A DNA stretch of 64,000 nucleotides from Mizuhopecten yessoensis (taxonomy: Eukaryota). Below the pieces are notes generated by a model. It ran no database searches. It was not told the DNA's origin and saw nothing but the letters and a program-made list of their open reading frames with translations. Positions within the stretch are counted from its first letter, which is position 1; each line of letters opens with the position of its first letter. The position numbers were made by a program, and so were the translations under genes. The stretch covers positions 787,678 through 851,677 of the forward strand of contig NW_018403589.1 of the NCBI RefSeq assembly GCF_002113885.1. The letters are read 5' to 3'. This document shows, piece by piece, positions 15,084-28,978 of this stretch.

Positions 15084-15203
15084 CGTTCATCTGACGTCTC
15101 AGACTACACGAGTTCATAGCTATCTTTCACGAGGGTTTAAGCCCAAGAGATATATGTATACATTCAAACACTAAATGTGTGCAATCGAGACATCAGATGA
15201 ACA
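15084..15203. mobile_element. Short palindromic (MITE-like) element
   Basis: gttcatctgacgtctcagact vs aatcgagacatcagatgaaac are inverted arms. The same arm recurs at 30098-30130 (caatctgagacgtcagatgaacac). Confidence 0.55.
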
Positions 15204-15329
15204 CATATAGGTATAATGTTGCTTGTATTACCTCCTAATAATTATTTTTGTTAGTTATGCATGTTATATCTTCTGCAAAACAGTACGTATTATTACCACG
15301 TATGAAAGTACTCGACCTGAATCTTTTCT

Positions 15330-15450
15330 GTTCTCTCCTCCTTCCGGTTCTGGTTCTCTCCTCCTTCCGGTTCCCTCCTCCTTCCGGTTCTCTCCTCCTT
15401 CCGGTTCTCTCCTCCTTCCGGTTCTCTCCTCCTTCCGGTTCTCTCCCCTT
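15330..15450. repeat. 18-bp pyrimidine-rich minisatellite (GTTCTCTCCTCCTTCCG-type), ~6 copies
   Basis: Direct repeats; explains the repetitive ORFs at 15223-15634. Confidence 0.92.
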
Positions 15451-16231
15451 TTCGGCGACCTCTCACTAGACGTCCGTCCTGATATAACCATTTCTGTTGT
15501 AAAAATGTTACACCGCATGTACAGTGTATATATACAAACATAGAAACAAAAATCTTAACAACTGAACAACAATGGTAGACAAAATGACGTCGATGACGAA
15601 ATAATGACGTACTGTATAATTTCAGTACGTACATTGACTCTTAAATGTACGAAAACCATTCTTGTTTCGTTTCGTCAATTCGACCAAAGGATAACGACCG
15701 ATGAGTGACAGCGGAAACATAGTTCTGGCTCCTGGGATAACACAACAGCTTGTGTTATCACGGTATGAAATAATCAGCTTGTGTGACATAGCGTAGACAC
15801 TGACTAAAGACATTGGCCAGATATGTCATCAACTTTAATACTTCGATAAAGTCTAGCATTCAAATATAATAGTGTTTAGATATAGTCCATCATCTAGTAT
15901 TTTGATATTATAATCTAGTATTCAATTACATATATTTCAATTCCTACTCAAGTTGGACTCAATGCAACCACCAAATGTAACCTGTTTCATTTGCCGATGC
16001 ATTTGACCAGATTAACATTGCCTGTGCGTATGATTTTGAGATTTTACGTTTTTATTGAAGCAACACAGGAAATTGTTCAAACAACCAAAAACGATCAATC
16101 AGCAATATATTATCAGCTCACGGTTGCTAGCGGTAGTGACAAGTCTTGTACTGCCCTAAAAATTCTCCTTCCAGCTACCCATTTTGCCTTGTGTAAGTAG
16201 GCAACCGCCGGAACAAACCGAAAACGTAGAT

Positions 16232-16392
16232 CCACAGGGGTTCGTTACAAATATCTGAAATACACATATCATGCCATAACTAATATGGGTCACAGCACAC
16301 ATAAACAAACATATAAATGTATGTTTATGTGTGCTGTGACCCATATCAGTATATCATATATGTATTTCAGACATTGTAACGAACTCCTGTGG
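16232..16392. repeat. Long inverted repeat (fold-back), ~72-bp arms, ~14-nt loop
   Basis: ccacaggggttcgttacaaatatctgaaatac...tatgggtcacagcacacataaaca pairs with tgtttatgtgtgctgtgacccata...gtatttcagacattgtaacgaactcctgtgg. Confidence 0.9.
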
Positions 16393-17676
16393 TAGATCCA
16401 TGTGGTCCCGTCTTATTATTACGAAACATTTAATATGTTTCATTCATTTTGCTCTTTACCCGATAGCCGTATACACCATTTCACCAAAGCAATATTGTAC
16501 AGCAGTAGGATGTGGAATAACGTAATAATAAGTCTGTATAATAAACTGCTTTTGGTAAATATTTAAATTAATATGCTTAAGGCGTTGATTAATCGATATT
16601 GATATCTCAATTAACGTTTGTTTTGTCGTATAGCAATTAGAAATAACTTTTCGAAAATATCAATTCTTGTAAATTTCTTCTTTGACTGTCAGATATGGTC
16701 GGAAAGTTTGAACCCTGAAGCATGCATTTGACTTCAGGTGTCTGGAGGTAACACGTGTCGGGCGTCTAAACAGTATGAATATTGGTATTATTTATCTGTG
16801 GGCAGATCTGGGTAATGTCACCACTTTTTATTACGTCTAATTACATGTCTGTGTGTCCAACAGCGATAAAACAAACGGTAGTAAAAAACCCGGGAACAAA
16901 CGACATTCAACAATTTACAGTTTACAGTCAGAAAACCACTCCGGGTGATAAAAACATTGGCAATTGAGTATTGCAGCATCAGTTTTGGACGCAATTGTTT
17001 GCAAGCAAACAAATAATTACTGGAAATGAAATCCATTGAGTGATTTTATTTATTGGCCGTCCTTAAATACAGGCGAGACGGACCTCGTTTTACTCTGTAT
17101 GGTTTACCATTATTTCCGGGACATATCATGTCAGCGGTTTCAGATGAAAACGATCTATTTGACCGAATGTCATTTAGGATTTTTGTGGTGATGTGAAGTG
17201 TATGTTGTATATACTTAATATTAAATGTGTGTGCGGTTGACTTTGAACATGATACTCATCTTTTTCACGTTTGTGATACAAACCCTGACTTTGGTGGCGA
17301 TACCCCAAATGGCGTTGAACACGATACTCCCAGGGACCTGTGAACTACCACAATCTTTTTTTTTATTGATATGTGAATGTAAGCAAAGTCGAAAGCCTGA
17401 ACCTGCATGGTTGTGTTTTACCGATTGGCCATACCTAATATGGTTGTAGGGGGTACACGTATAAATGGAATATATGGTTTTCCGTTTATTACCATATACA
17501 TTGTATGAGTATAGCAAAACACCGGTATTTTTTAATACCAAAACAACATCGCTTCATCTGGATCTTAACAGAAAGTCTGCGACTGTGGGAATGAAGTGAA
17601 TAGAAAGAACCTTTCTGATTGGTCAATACCGTAAGTTTTATAATGTTTATAGGATTCGATATCTCACTGGCAATAT

Positions 17677-18607
17677 GTTGACCGTCACGGGCCTTTGAGT
17701 TTGTGTTGATCGGTACCAGGGCGCTACAGTAGCTATATTGCGGTAATGATATCGTTGTTGACCGTCACGGGTCTGTGTTTGTGTTGAACCGGACCGGGCG
17801 CTATAGAGTAGCTATATTGCGGTAATGATATCGTTGTTGACCGTCACGGGTCTGTGTTTGTGTTGAACCGGACCGGGCGCTATAGAGTAGCTATATTGCG
17901 GTAATGATATCGTTGTTGACCGTCACGGGTCTATGAGTTTGTGTCGATCCGTACCGGGACGCTACAGTAGCTATATTGCGGTAATGATGTATGGTTGTTC
18001 ACCGTCATTGGTCTATGATTTTGTGTTAATTCGTACCGGGACGCTACAGTAGTTATACTGCGGTAATGATATCGTTGTTAACCGTCACGGGTCTATAAGT
18101 TTGTGTCGATCCGTACCGGAACACTACAGTAGCTAAATTGCGGTAATGATGTATGGTTGTTAACCATCACGGGTCTATGTGCTGGTGTCGATCCGTACCG
18201 GGGCGCTATACAGTAGCTTTATTGCGGTAACGATGTATGGTTGTTGACCGTCACTGGTCTATGTGTTTGTGTTGATCCGTACCGGGGCGCTACAGTAGCT
18301 ATATAACGGTAATGATGTATGGTTGTTGACCTTCACTGGTCTATGTGTTTGTGTTGACCGTCATTGGTCTATGAGTTTGTATTGATTCGTACCGGAACGC
18401 TTCAGTAGCTATATACGGTAATGATATCGTTGTTGACCGTCACTGGTCTATGAGTTTGTGCTGATCCGTACCGGGATGCTTCAGTAGCTATATACGGTAA
18501 TGAGTTGATCCGTACCGGAACGCTTCAGTAGCTATATACGGTAATGAGTTGATCCGTACCGGGACACTACAGTAGCTATATACGGTAATGATATCGTTGA
18601 TGACCGT
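17677..18607. repeat. Tandem repeat, ~79-82 bp unit (GTTGACCGTCACGGGTCTATGAGTTTGTGTTGATCCGTACCGGGACGCTACAGTAGCTATATTGCGGTAATGATATCGTT), ~11 copies plus half units
   Basis: gttgaccgtcac at 17677, 17757, 17836 and onward. Confidence 0.95.
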
Positions 18608-20869
18608 GTCTGTGTTGATAGATTTCCACCTTGGAGATATAATCAAAGCCTGCGATGTGCTGCGTCATGTGTACATATCTAATATTCAAACATTCCAAAT
18701 CACGTTGAGTAATTATTTTTTCGCCGTTATGTAATATTCCATTCGTATTTCCGGTCGTTGGGAACTATTTACAAACAAACCTAGAGGCATTTTTTCCACA
18801 TTGGAGTCGAATATCGGCGGTGTTTATTTGTTTTTTATGCTTTTTATTTTTCAATGCACTTCCGATGTATAACCTAAAAATAGTCCAACAACTTTTAAAG
18901 TTTCGAAAGCACGACACCAACAAGTATTACACGTAATTTTATTTTCTAATTTGAAGGTTTTGGGGTATTTCCGTCATTCTGTGTTTGTATCTGGATTCAG
19001 TCATGTTGTGACGTCAATGTGAAACTTTGACGGAAAACCGCCGATGAAGGACGTTTGTCGAGTGAAGGAAATCATGTTACAATAGAAAAGCAATGCCCTG
19101 TTGCAAATTAAAACGAAATGAAAGATAAATGAGTTAAAAGACCTGTTCATTCGGTTAAAAAGTCTATTTAAATTGTATCACGAATAAAAAGAAACCGCTT
19201 AGAGATATGAAATATACATTTGCTGTATATGATTTATGAATCATACCATTCTGTGTGAATACCATAATTATATATTTTTCAATGGTCTAGTTTAACATAA
19301 TTTAGAGATATTTGTTAATATGATTTAGAGAGATATGTGAATATAATATGGGGAAATATGTTAATAATTATAGGGAAATAGGATAATACAATACACTCCT
19401 GTAGAAATATATGTAAATATAGTGATAACTTAAGAGAAATAAGTTAATACATAATAATAAAATATTTTATTTAAGTGTCACACATATCATAGGGATATAG
19501 GTTAACGAAATATGCAATAACATCGAGATTCGCCTATGAACGGGAGATAACTCTATTGTGCCCGACCCAATGTCTCTCCTAGGCCAGGGTTCCCTTTTCA
19601 CTATTTAGACTACCGAGACGAGTAACACATCAAGACCTGTAAGCTTTGGTAGGTCCCATTCATCAAGATTTCGTATTTGTTTGACAAGTAGATTTAACCC
19701 TGTCACTTACCACATATATAAAACACTTGTTTTCGGTGTTTAAATCATTTCATTGTAATACATTTATCGGTGACTTTTAGTCGTTATAATGTTGACGGAA
19801 TGACAAACAACGCTCGCCGACCTTATAGAAGTTAAAGTCCGTCTGTATTATTCAAATATCTTACGTCAAGTTTGCTCTTTCATATTTTCAATAGATTCTT
19901 CAGTATTTACATGAGTTACCATTTTCTTCCTAACAGTAAGTACCCCACCCAGTATTGTACAGAGTCGTGCGTTTACACCAATGAAATTTGATATATAATA
20001 GTAATTCTATCATCGCTCAAATACGCATTATAAGTTTCTAAAACTAGGAATAATACACCTGATTACGAGCAAACTTCGTCACTGTATCAGGTGTGTTGTC
20101 CTTTCCTATAACTCTGATGTCCTTCACAGGTAACACTATATATTATTATAGATATCTTTGTTACTAAGTCTTAACAATACCACCCACTGGCCTTTGTCTC
20201 TCAATGTACCTACACAGTATAAGTCTCATATACGATCGTTTCAGTTTTGTGATACTGGAGACACGGTTTTTGCAATGATCCCGGCTCACCACATGTAGGG
20301 GTGCATTCACATGTCTAGATTGTGTCCTGGGTCAGACCTCTGTATGTAATTATATTAAATATCGTGGCGTACCTTATTCATTATACACGATATACGGCCG
20401 ACTGCGCTGTATGCTCCTTTCTAGCCGCTATATACAGTAAACTGGAATACTGGTTTCGCTTTATACCGAACAATTACATTCTTTAAGAAATGCACATTGC
20501 TGAAAGACGTTTATTTATATTAAAAGTTGTATAAAAAGACTCATGAATAAATGGTCTTTATGAAAGAAGTCTTTGGAACTGAATATGGCTATACAATTTT
20601 TTCATTCAATTCATTTCCTCATGTTTGCTCAAATCGACAGCTTCGGTGACTCGTGATAGGTATAATATTAAACCTACACATCACAGCACTAGGTTATCAT
20701 ACGTTAGGGACGAGTGATATCTGCTATATACCAGTGAATGTAAGTTCGTTCATCCTTCCGATTTGTGTTCGGGACATAAAATCGTCTAGAACAAAGATTT
20801 GACGAAATTTCACACATTTTTTTCTAAACTTGCCCAATAATCGCGAACTGTTCTCACTTTTCTGGACTG

Positions 20870-23162
20870 GAATCGTTTGATTGTGAAAACTAACGTCGAT
20901 AGACCCTAAAAAGGGCATTCGTTATATTTTGAACGCTGATAATAGATCTGAGAGGGGAAGTATTGAATTATGAACGCTACCGTCCATAGATCTGAAATAG
21001 AAACGATGAATTAAGAACAACACCGTCGATAAATTTTACAGGGCAAAGTTGAATTGTGAACGCTACCGACGACAGATCTTATAGGACAATGTTGAATTGT
21101 GAACGCTACCGACGACATATTTTACAGGGCAATGTTGAATTGTGAACGTTACAGACGGTATATCTTATAGGACAATGTTGAATTGTGAACGCTACCGACG
21201 ACATATCTTATAGGGCAATGTTGAATTGTGAACGCTACCGACGACATATCTTATAAGACAACGTTGAATTGTGACCGCTACCGACGACATATCTTATAGG
21301 ACAACGTTGAATTGTGAACGCTACAGACGGCATATCTTATAGGACACCGTTGAATTTTGAACGCTACCGACGACATATTTTATAGGACAACGCTGAATTG
21401 TGAACGCTACCGACGACATATTTTATAGGAAAATGTTGAATTGTGAACGCTACCGACGACATATCTTAGAGGACAACGTTGAATTGGGAACGCTACCGAC
21501 GACATATTTTACAGGGCAATGTTGAATTGTGAACGCTACCGGCGACATATTTTACAGGGCAATGTTGAATTGTGAACGTTACAGACGGTATATCTTATAG
21601 GACAATGTTGAATTCTGAACCCTACAGACGACATATCTTATAGGACAACGTTGAATTTTGAACGCTACCGACGACATATTTTATAGGACAACGCTGAATT
21701 GTGAACGCTACCGACGACATATTTTACAGGGAAATGTTGAATAGTGAACGCTACCGACGACATATCTTATATGACAATGTTGAATTGTGAACGCTACCGA
21801 CGACACATCTTATAGGACAATGTTGAATTGTGAACGCTACCGACGATATATCTTATAGGACCACGTTGAATTGTGAACGCTACCGACGACATATCTTAGA
21901 GGACAACGTTGAATTGTGAACGCTACAGACGACATATCTTATAGGACAACGTTGAATTGTGAACGTTGAATTGTGAACGTTACAGACGGTATATCTTATA
22001 GGACAATGTTGAATTATGAACGCTACCGACGACATATCTTATAGGACAACTACCGACGACAGATCTTATAGGACAATGTTGAATTGTGACCGCTACCGAC
22101 GACATATTTTACAGGGCAATGTTGAATAGTGAACGCTACCGACGACATATCTTATAGGACAACGTTGAATTATGAACGCTACCGACGACATATCTTATAG
22201 GACATCGTTGAATTGTGAACGCTACCGACGACATATCTTATAGGTCAACGGTGAATTGTGAACGCTGCCGACGACATATCTTATAGGACAACGTTGAATT
22301 GTGGACGCTACCGACGACATATCTTATAGGACAACGTTGAATTGTGGACGCTACCGACGACATATCTTATAGGACAACGTTGAATTGTGAACGCTACAGA
22401 CGGCATATCTTATAGGACAACGTTGAATTTTGAACGCTACCGACGACATATTTTATAGGACAACGTTGAATTGTGAACGCTACCGACGACATATCTTATA
22501 CGTCAACGTTGAATTGTGAACGCTACCGACGACATATCTTATACGTCAACGTTGAATTGTGAACGCTACCGACGACATATTTTACAGGGCACTGTTGAAT
22601 TGTGAACGCTACCGACGACATATCTTATAGGGCAACGTTGAATTGTGAACGCTACCGACGACATAACTTATAGGGCAACGTTGAATTGTGAACGCTACCG
22701 ACGACATATTTTACGGGGCAATGTTGAATTGTGAACGCTACCGACGACATATTTTACAGGGCACTGTTGAATTGTGAACGCTACCGACGACATATCTTAG
22801 AGGACAACGTTGAATTGTGAACGCTACAGACGGTATATATTACAGGGTAACGGTGAATTGTGAACTTTACCGTTGATAGATCTTACAGGGTAACGTTGAA
22901 ATGTGAACGCTGCAAACGATAGATATAACATGGCAGCGTTTTAATTCTGAACGCTACCGACAATATGTATTACAGGGTAACATTGAAACGTGAACGCTAC
23001 AGTCGATAGATATTACAGGGCAACGTTGAGTTTTGAACGCTACCGACTGCAGATATTACAGGGTAACGTTGAATTGTGAAGCTACCGTCGATTTAACTTA
23101 TAGGGCAACGTTGGAATTGTGAACGCTTACGTTAAAACTTCGCTGAATAGCAAACGCTACCG
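20870..23162. repeat. Satellite, 43-bp unit (GTTGAATTGTGAACGCTACCGACGACATATCTTATAGGACAAC), ~50 copies, degenerate edges
   Basis: gttgaattgtgaacg at 21048, 21091 and onward (period 43). Confidence 0.96.
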
Positions 23163-25482
23163 CTAATACATAATGTAGTCAGTTAGGCGTATTGCGTCAC
23201 GTGTCGACATGCTTACTGGAGGTCCCATATTTTGATATACACTGCTGGGATCCGACACTACGTATTGGAATGCGATAGAAGTCTATATTTATAAACTCTT
23301 CCATATCAATGAATACGTACAAAACTGTAGGTAATACAATCTTAACACGGATGTAAAAGTCATATTTTGGTAAATTAGAATATAATTTGTACATGGAAGT
23401 GAAATTCACCGTTAAGTTTAATTAAATCAGCCGACGATTTGGCTCAATTTCGGGTGGTTAACACCATTGGTTCTTCAATTTAATTTCACTCCTGCCACCA
23501 AAGACATTACTTCATGGTATAGAAGACAAACATAAACAGCTACTGCCGTTTTATCCTTCACGATACCCTTTTCGATGTTCTTTCTTATCAGTTATCCCAT
23601 TTGGCGACCAAGTTATAAATGATATAAGAAAAAAATTAACGTATGTGCGAGTATTATCGGGTGGAATAAATAACCAGGGGGAGAAATGCCGCATTGGCCT
23701 GGGTTAATAGTTTACATAATATTTACGATTTCGAGTTATACATGTATATTCCATCATAATATACAAACATATGTCGATTATATCTATTCCAGCACGTAAT
23801 GAACACGTGTTCTCGTGCCTACTTCAGTACCTTTACGCCCATAGTATACAAGATGACCTAGATTGTCCCACGATTGTTTTTCATATTGGGCTATTCTTTT
23901 GCGTGTGCAAATATTTGTCACGTGATGCATTTTCTTCATTTCACAGCTAGCTTCAAGCGTTTTTATAATTTCTGACTCTCCGGACAAAATTTAATGTCCT
24001 AGTTTGCCTGTTTAACCTATATATATTAGGAAATGATAATGTATGCCTTTTAATGTATTGCTTATCGTTAAAGTACAAGAATTGAATAAAGAAATGCAAA
24101 TTGACTGCTCCCTTATCGGTACTCTTCATCCTGAGCAAGTTGAGCGATTTCGAAGTTTCTGTATGGCTAGAGGGTGGGGATGATATTGTATATAGGAAAA
24201 AAACACCGTAGCGGGACAGAGATCCTTAGTACATACCTGTAGTGATAGGTATCGGTTAAACATAGAAATCTGGGGTCTATATGCCATCCCACCCAGGTAA
24301 CGGTCGCGGTATACGCTAAACTAGATACATGTAGTTATGCAAGTCCTAAACTAACGTTACGTTAATGATGATGTAAGTGGGCGTATTGACTATCACAAAC
24401 AGAGCACGACTGTGACACCCATGGGGACACACAAGGGGACACCCACGGGGACACACAAAAAGACACCCGCTCGAGTCTCATTTTCTGGGAGATTATGCCA
24501 GACACAAGTCTATATGATCTGATCATAGCATGTGGTGTTGTTTATCACTATGTTTGGGGGTTTAACGTCAATGGAACAGCCAGGGTCATATTGTTTATCT
24601 CCTGAACTATATGTTTTTGAAAAGACTATTGAATAACATTTATCAAGAAAGAATGACCCTTACCAACTTTACCAATGTTTTCAACCGACTTACATCTCAT
24701 GTTTTACACTGTTATTTCAATAGGCCAGAAACATCAACCTTTTGACATCGGTCTTCAACGGATGAATTCAGGTCATCTTTACGGTAAGTTCGGCGGAACA
24801 TTCTGATCGTGAGGTTTACATATTTAGGTAATTCTTCAGGTTGAAATACAAAAGGTGCGTGTACTTTACCCTTACTCGGCAAAGAATAGCAACTCCGCGT
24901 TTTTATTTGCATTACAGGAAAGTTTATAGAAAGAGCGTTGCACGTGCATGGCTTGTCGGAAGTATAACACATGAACGCGCATGCGTTATCGTCCAAAAGT
25001 GTCTTTCATCACAGACGTGGTAGAATACATACTTTATTGTAATGACCGTGGCGCTTTTTTGTATCAAATATTGTCCAAACCAAACGAAAAATATTTTTAT
25101 AGCAATCAGGTTTAATTGGGCCCGGCTGTGATATTTCATCTTAAGACAGTAGAGATAAACGAGACATGATCCAAAAACTCTTGTAGAAATCAGAAAAAAA
25201 TGGGAAAGAAGTGTATTTCCAACTTTTCTTCTTAGGTGGAAAAACAATCAATATAGAGGTTGAATGACAGAGATACAATAGACAACACTGAACAACGTTA
25301 ATTTGTAAACAGCACTGAAGCAGTAACCTGTTTGTATAAGTTTTAGTGTATAACAGTTGTGTTTACCTAGCTAATTCGTTTTCAATTGCACAAATATTGA
25401 CTCGATGTATCCTGAAATTGATTGCAAGATGCGCATGCGCTCAACTGTTACAGTAGATTGGTTCCTTCGTTCGGAACACGCT

Positions 25483-26493
25483 CGGGTATAAAGTGTTTCT
25501 CTAGTCTCTGTAGAACGATCGGGTATAAAATGTTTCTCTAGCCTCTGTAGGACGATCAGGTATAAAGTGTTTCTCTAGCCTCTGTAGAACGATTAGGTAT
25601 AAGGTGTTTCTCTAGCCTCTGTAGGACGATCAGGTATAAAGTGTTTCTCTAACCTCTGTAGGACGATCAGGCATAAAGTGTTTCTCTAGCCTCTGTAGGA
25701 CGATCAGTTAAAAAGTGTTTCTCTAGCCTCTGTAGGACGATCAGGTATAAAGTGTTTCTCTAACCTCTGTCGGACGATCAGATAAAAAGTGTTTCTCTGG
25801 CCTCTGTAGGACGATCAGTTATAAAGTGTTTCTCTAGCTTCTGTAGGACGATCAGGTATAAAGTGTTTCTCTAACCTCTGTAGGACGATCAGGCATAAAG
25901 TGTTTCTCTAGCCTCTGTAGGACGATCCGTTATAAAGTGTTTCTCTAGCCTCTGTAGGACGATCCGTTATAAAGTGTTTCTCTAGCCTCTGTAGGACGAT
26001 AAGGTATAAAGTGTTTCTCTAGCCTCTGTAGAACGATTAGGTATAAGGTGTTTATCTAGCCTCTGTAGGACGATCAGGTATAAAGTGTTTCTCTAACCTC
26101 TGTAGGACGATCAGGTATAACGTGTTTCTCTAACCTTTGTAGGACGAACAGGTATAACGTGTTTCTCTAGCCTCTGTAGGACGATCAGGTATAAAGTGTT
26201 TCTCTAACCTCTGTCGGACGATCAGATAAAAAGTGTTTCTCTGGCCTCTGTAGGACGATCAGTTATAAAGTGTTTCTCTAGCTTCTGTAGGACGATCAGG
26301 TATAAAGTGTTTCTCTAACCTCTGTAGGACGATCAGGCATAAAGTGTTTCTCTAGCCTCTGAAGGACGATCAGGTATAACGTGTTTATCTAGCCTCTGTA
26401 GGACGATCAGGTATAAAGAGTTTCTCTAGCCTCTGAAGGACGATCAGGTATAAAGTGTTTCTCTAGCCTCTGTAGGACGATCAGGTATGAAGT
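25483..26493. repeat. Satellite, 37-bp unit (AGGTATAAAGTGTTTCTCTAGCCTCTGTAGGACGATC), ~27 copies
   Basis: Direct periodic repeats. Confidence 0.96.
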
Positions 26494-27708
26494 ACATATT
26501 ACCAGTCCCTGGTGGACTTTACACGTATTTATCATCCGCCAACAATTTTATTTACATAATGTTCAAATACCAATGATAGGATCAAACAAGACTGATATTT
26601 GATATCATTTCATAATCTGGAAATCAATGAGATTATATTATCAGTTTGTTTATTATAACGATCGATTGTATACTGTTTAATTTCAAATTTATTTAATTAC
26701 TCTTGTATTAAGTAATTTACAGGTTTAAACAAAACCTTCATGGAATTGTAATCGACTTGAAGCTCCGCAGTACTCGAGGGGTACATGTAATGTTGTTTTC
26801 CTGTCGTTCAGGTGTGAAACTCACCTCTAATTTGTTCATGTATACCTCGTGTACGGGCCACGAGATACGTGAAAGAATCGAAAAGAAAAAAAAAAGAATA
26901 TAGGATCTTTTCAATGGATCTTTATAACACGGTGCTGTCGCTAACCTGGGATTTACGTATCATCAGCTTTAACAATATCAAATATACAATTGAAACGTTT
27001 TAACAGTAGCACGCGCGCTGTGTTTTAACTGGACAGTCCAATGTGAAGACAATGTGTGATGTCATGCAGTACACGTCACTCGCTGACTTAGGAAATGGAT
27101 GTGTTCGAGTTAATACACGGGGCCATGTTAAGTTGACGGGGCCCGAGTTGAACGTTTTGATTGTGAAATGAACAGCTATTCAGGAGATTTTGGCGTGTTC
27201 GTATAAACAGCGATTCCATACAGATGACGGGACTATAAAGAAGAATTATCTATAAATGGAGTCACGATAACGGGATTTCAATCTAAATATCCCACTGGCT
27301 ACCTGAACATGCGATTTATGATCTTATAACTGCAATTATTAGCATGACAAGGGCAGCGATCTCATGATGGCTTGTTGGTATTTATCGTGTATTATAACTC
27401 CCCGGAACAGTGTACATGTATTACCGGTGAGAGGGAAGGTGATGGTTTAACTTTTATTAACGGTAGTCATATCTTACCTGCGGATGTGCTATCTTACCTG
27501 TATTTTACCTGGGGATGATTAGCTGTGTGTCACCTTTTTACTGATTTGTACACCATTGTGACTGGAGATATAAGTGGCGTGCATTGTTACGTGCGATGGA
27601 CACGAGATTCCTGACGGACTGGGAGATACGTATGGTAACTTAGGTCCTAAGCCCCTGTGGTATTAATGAGGCTGTATTTTGAGGGGGTGCTACTTACTTA
27701 ATACAGTC

Positions 27709-27738
27709 ATGGAAGGTTACGATCGGATACCGGCATTT
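27709..27738 (+). CDS. Putative first coding exon of module A (MEGYDRIPAF), spliced to 32869
   Basis: gtcATGG Kozak-like context; 10 codons, then canonical GTAAGT donor at 27739 in phase 0; joins in frame to the phase-0 acceptor at 32869, giving MEGYDRIPAFVSGGLDTYRRDRF. Confidence 0.6.
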
Positions 27739-28821
27739 GTAAGTATATACAGTTGTTGATAATTCAAAAAGATAAATTATTTGTAAACGGTTATTTGTAA
27801 ATATATAAAGATTCGGTTAGTTATGAATTCAAAAAGATAAATTATTTGTAAGTTTATAGTTTAAGTTATTTGTAAGAATAGAAAACTTCAGCTATTACCC
27901 AAAGTTATGTGTAAGTAAATAGACAAGTGTATGTCTTCTGTGATAAGACCTTGATCTGAAATAAGGGATTCTATTCATCATTTATATAAAAATATTGATA
28001 TCTTGCAGGTATGACTTTTTTGCCTGTTGATTTAATTTCACTTTTAAACATAAATTAACGTTCAAAATCAGTACATTTTGTTTGACACACGTTATTTAAA
28101 CTTAAAGAGCAATATTTTGATGATATGATTTCATAGACATCGAATTACAAATCACAAAAACAAATGAAGTCAGAATCGACAATTTGTATGTAAAGTTCAT
28201 CATCAAAATCTTTGGCCTAACTTCATACAATGATTATATACCAATGAGCCTTTTTTAATTCATCATGCCAGTTTCGGGAACTTTCTATGGCGCCGACAAT
28301 AAGAAACGTTCCACATGGGAACTCTGACGGCTGATTCGTACCATGTTATTATATTTGGTCTTTTGGCGATTGAATACGAAACGACGATATCTATTGTTAA
28401 AATACTATGATAGAAACATTTGAATTGTAATAATTGTGACGTATACGATGTCGATACGTTTTTAACCTAAACCGTTAGTAGTGCAACCTTTGTAGATTAA
28501 TATCGATTTTGGTCAATGTTTATTTTCAACAAGGGGTAAGTTAATCCTTTCCATGCCGCTGAAACTATCGTCAAGTGAACGGCCGTCTAATTTCAATATA
28601 TGCCCTACCACCTCGTTATAATCACTTATGATCTCGTGAAGTGAAAACCGGAAGTGGTTTTGGGATCAGTGTCTGTCTTGGTAGTTGCACATACGGAGAC
28701 CAAAATCGCCCAAACTGTTGTTATACAAACTATGCATGATGTTTGGAAGATGATGATGAACCGGAAGTTGAAAATAATATTTCTTTAATAATGATTCTTC
28801 CAATTTGGGAAGACAGCATTA

Positions 28822-28978
28822 CAGGGCCCGTATATTCATGAAACCGTTCTCATGCTCAATCATGGATTTTGTGTTCAAACCAACTTATTTATTAATTTCT
28901 TATCAGATCAATATGTTAGGCATGGGCCAAATATCCATGCTTGACCGTGAGAACGGTTTCATGAATATACGGGGCCTG
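28822..28978. mobile_element. PIF/Harbinger-like MITE with TIRs CAGGGCCCGTATATTCATGAAACCGTTCTCA
   Basis: Left and right termini are reverse complements. A longer, left-truncated copy of the same family follows at 29044-29290 (ends gcatgagaacagtttcatgaatac). Superfamily call is inference. Confidence 0.7.

Noticed and set aside
24412-24470. Short GGGGACAC tandem sharing CATGGGGACACA with the 62-bp satellite
   Set aside because: Match is ~12 bp only and likely coincidental
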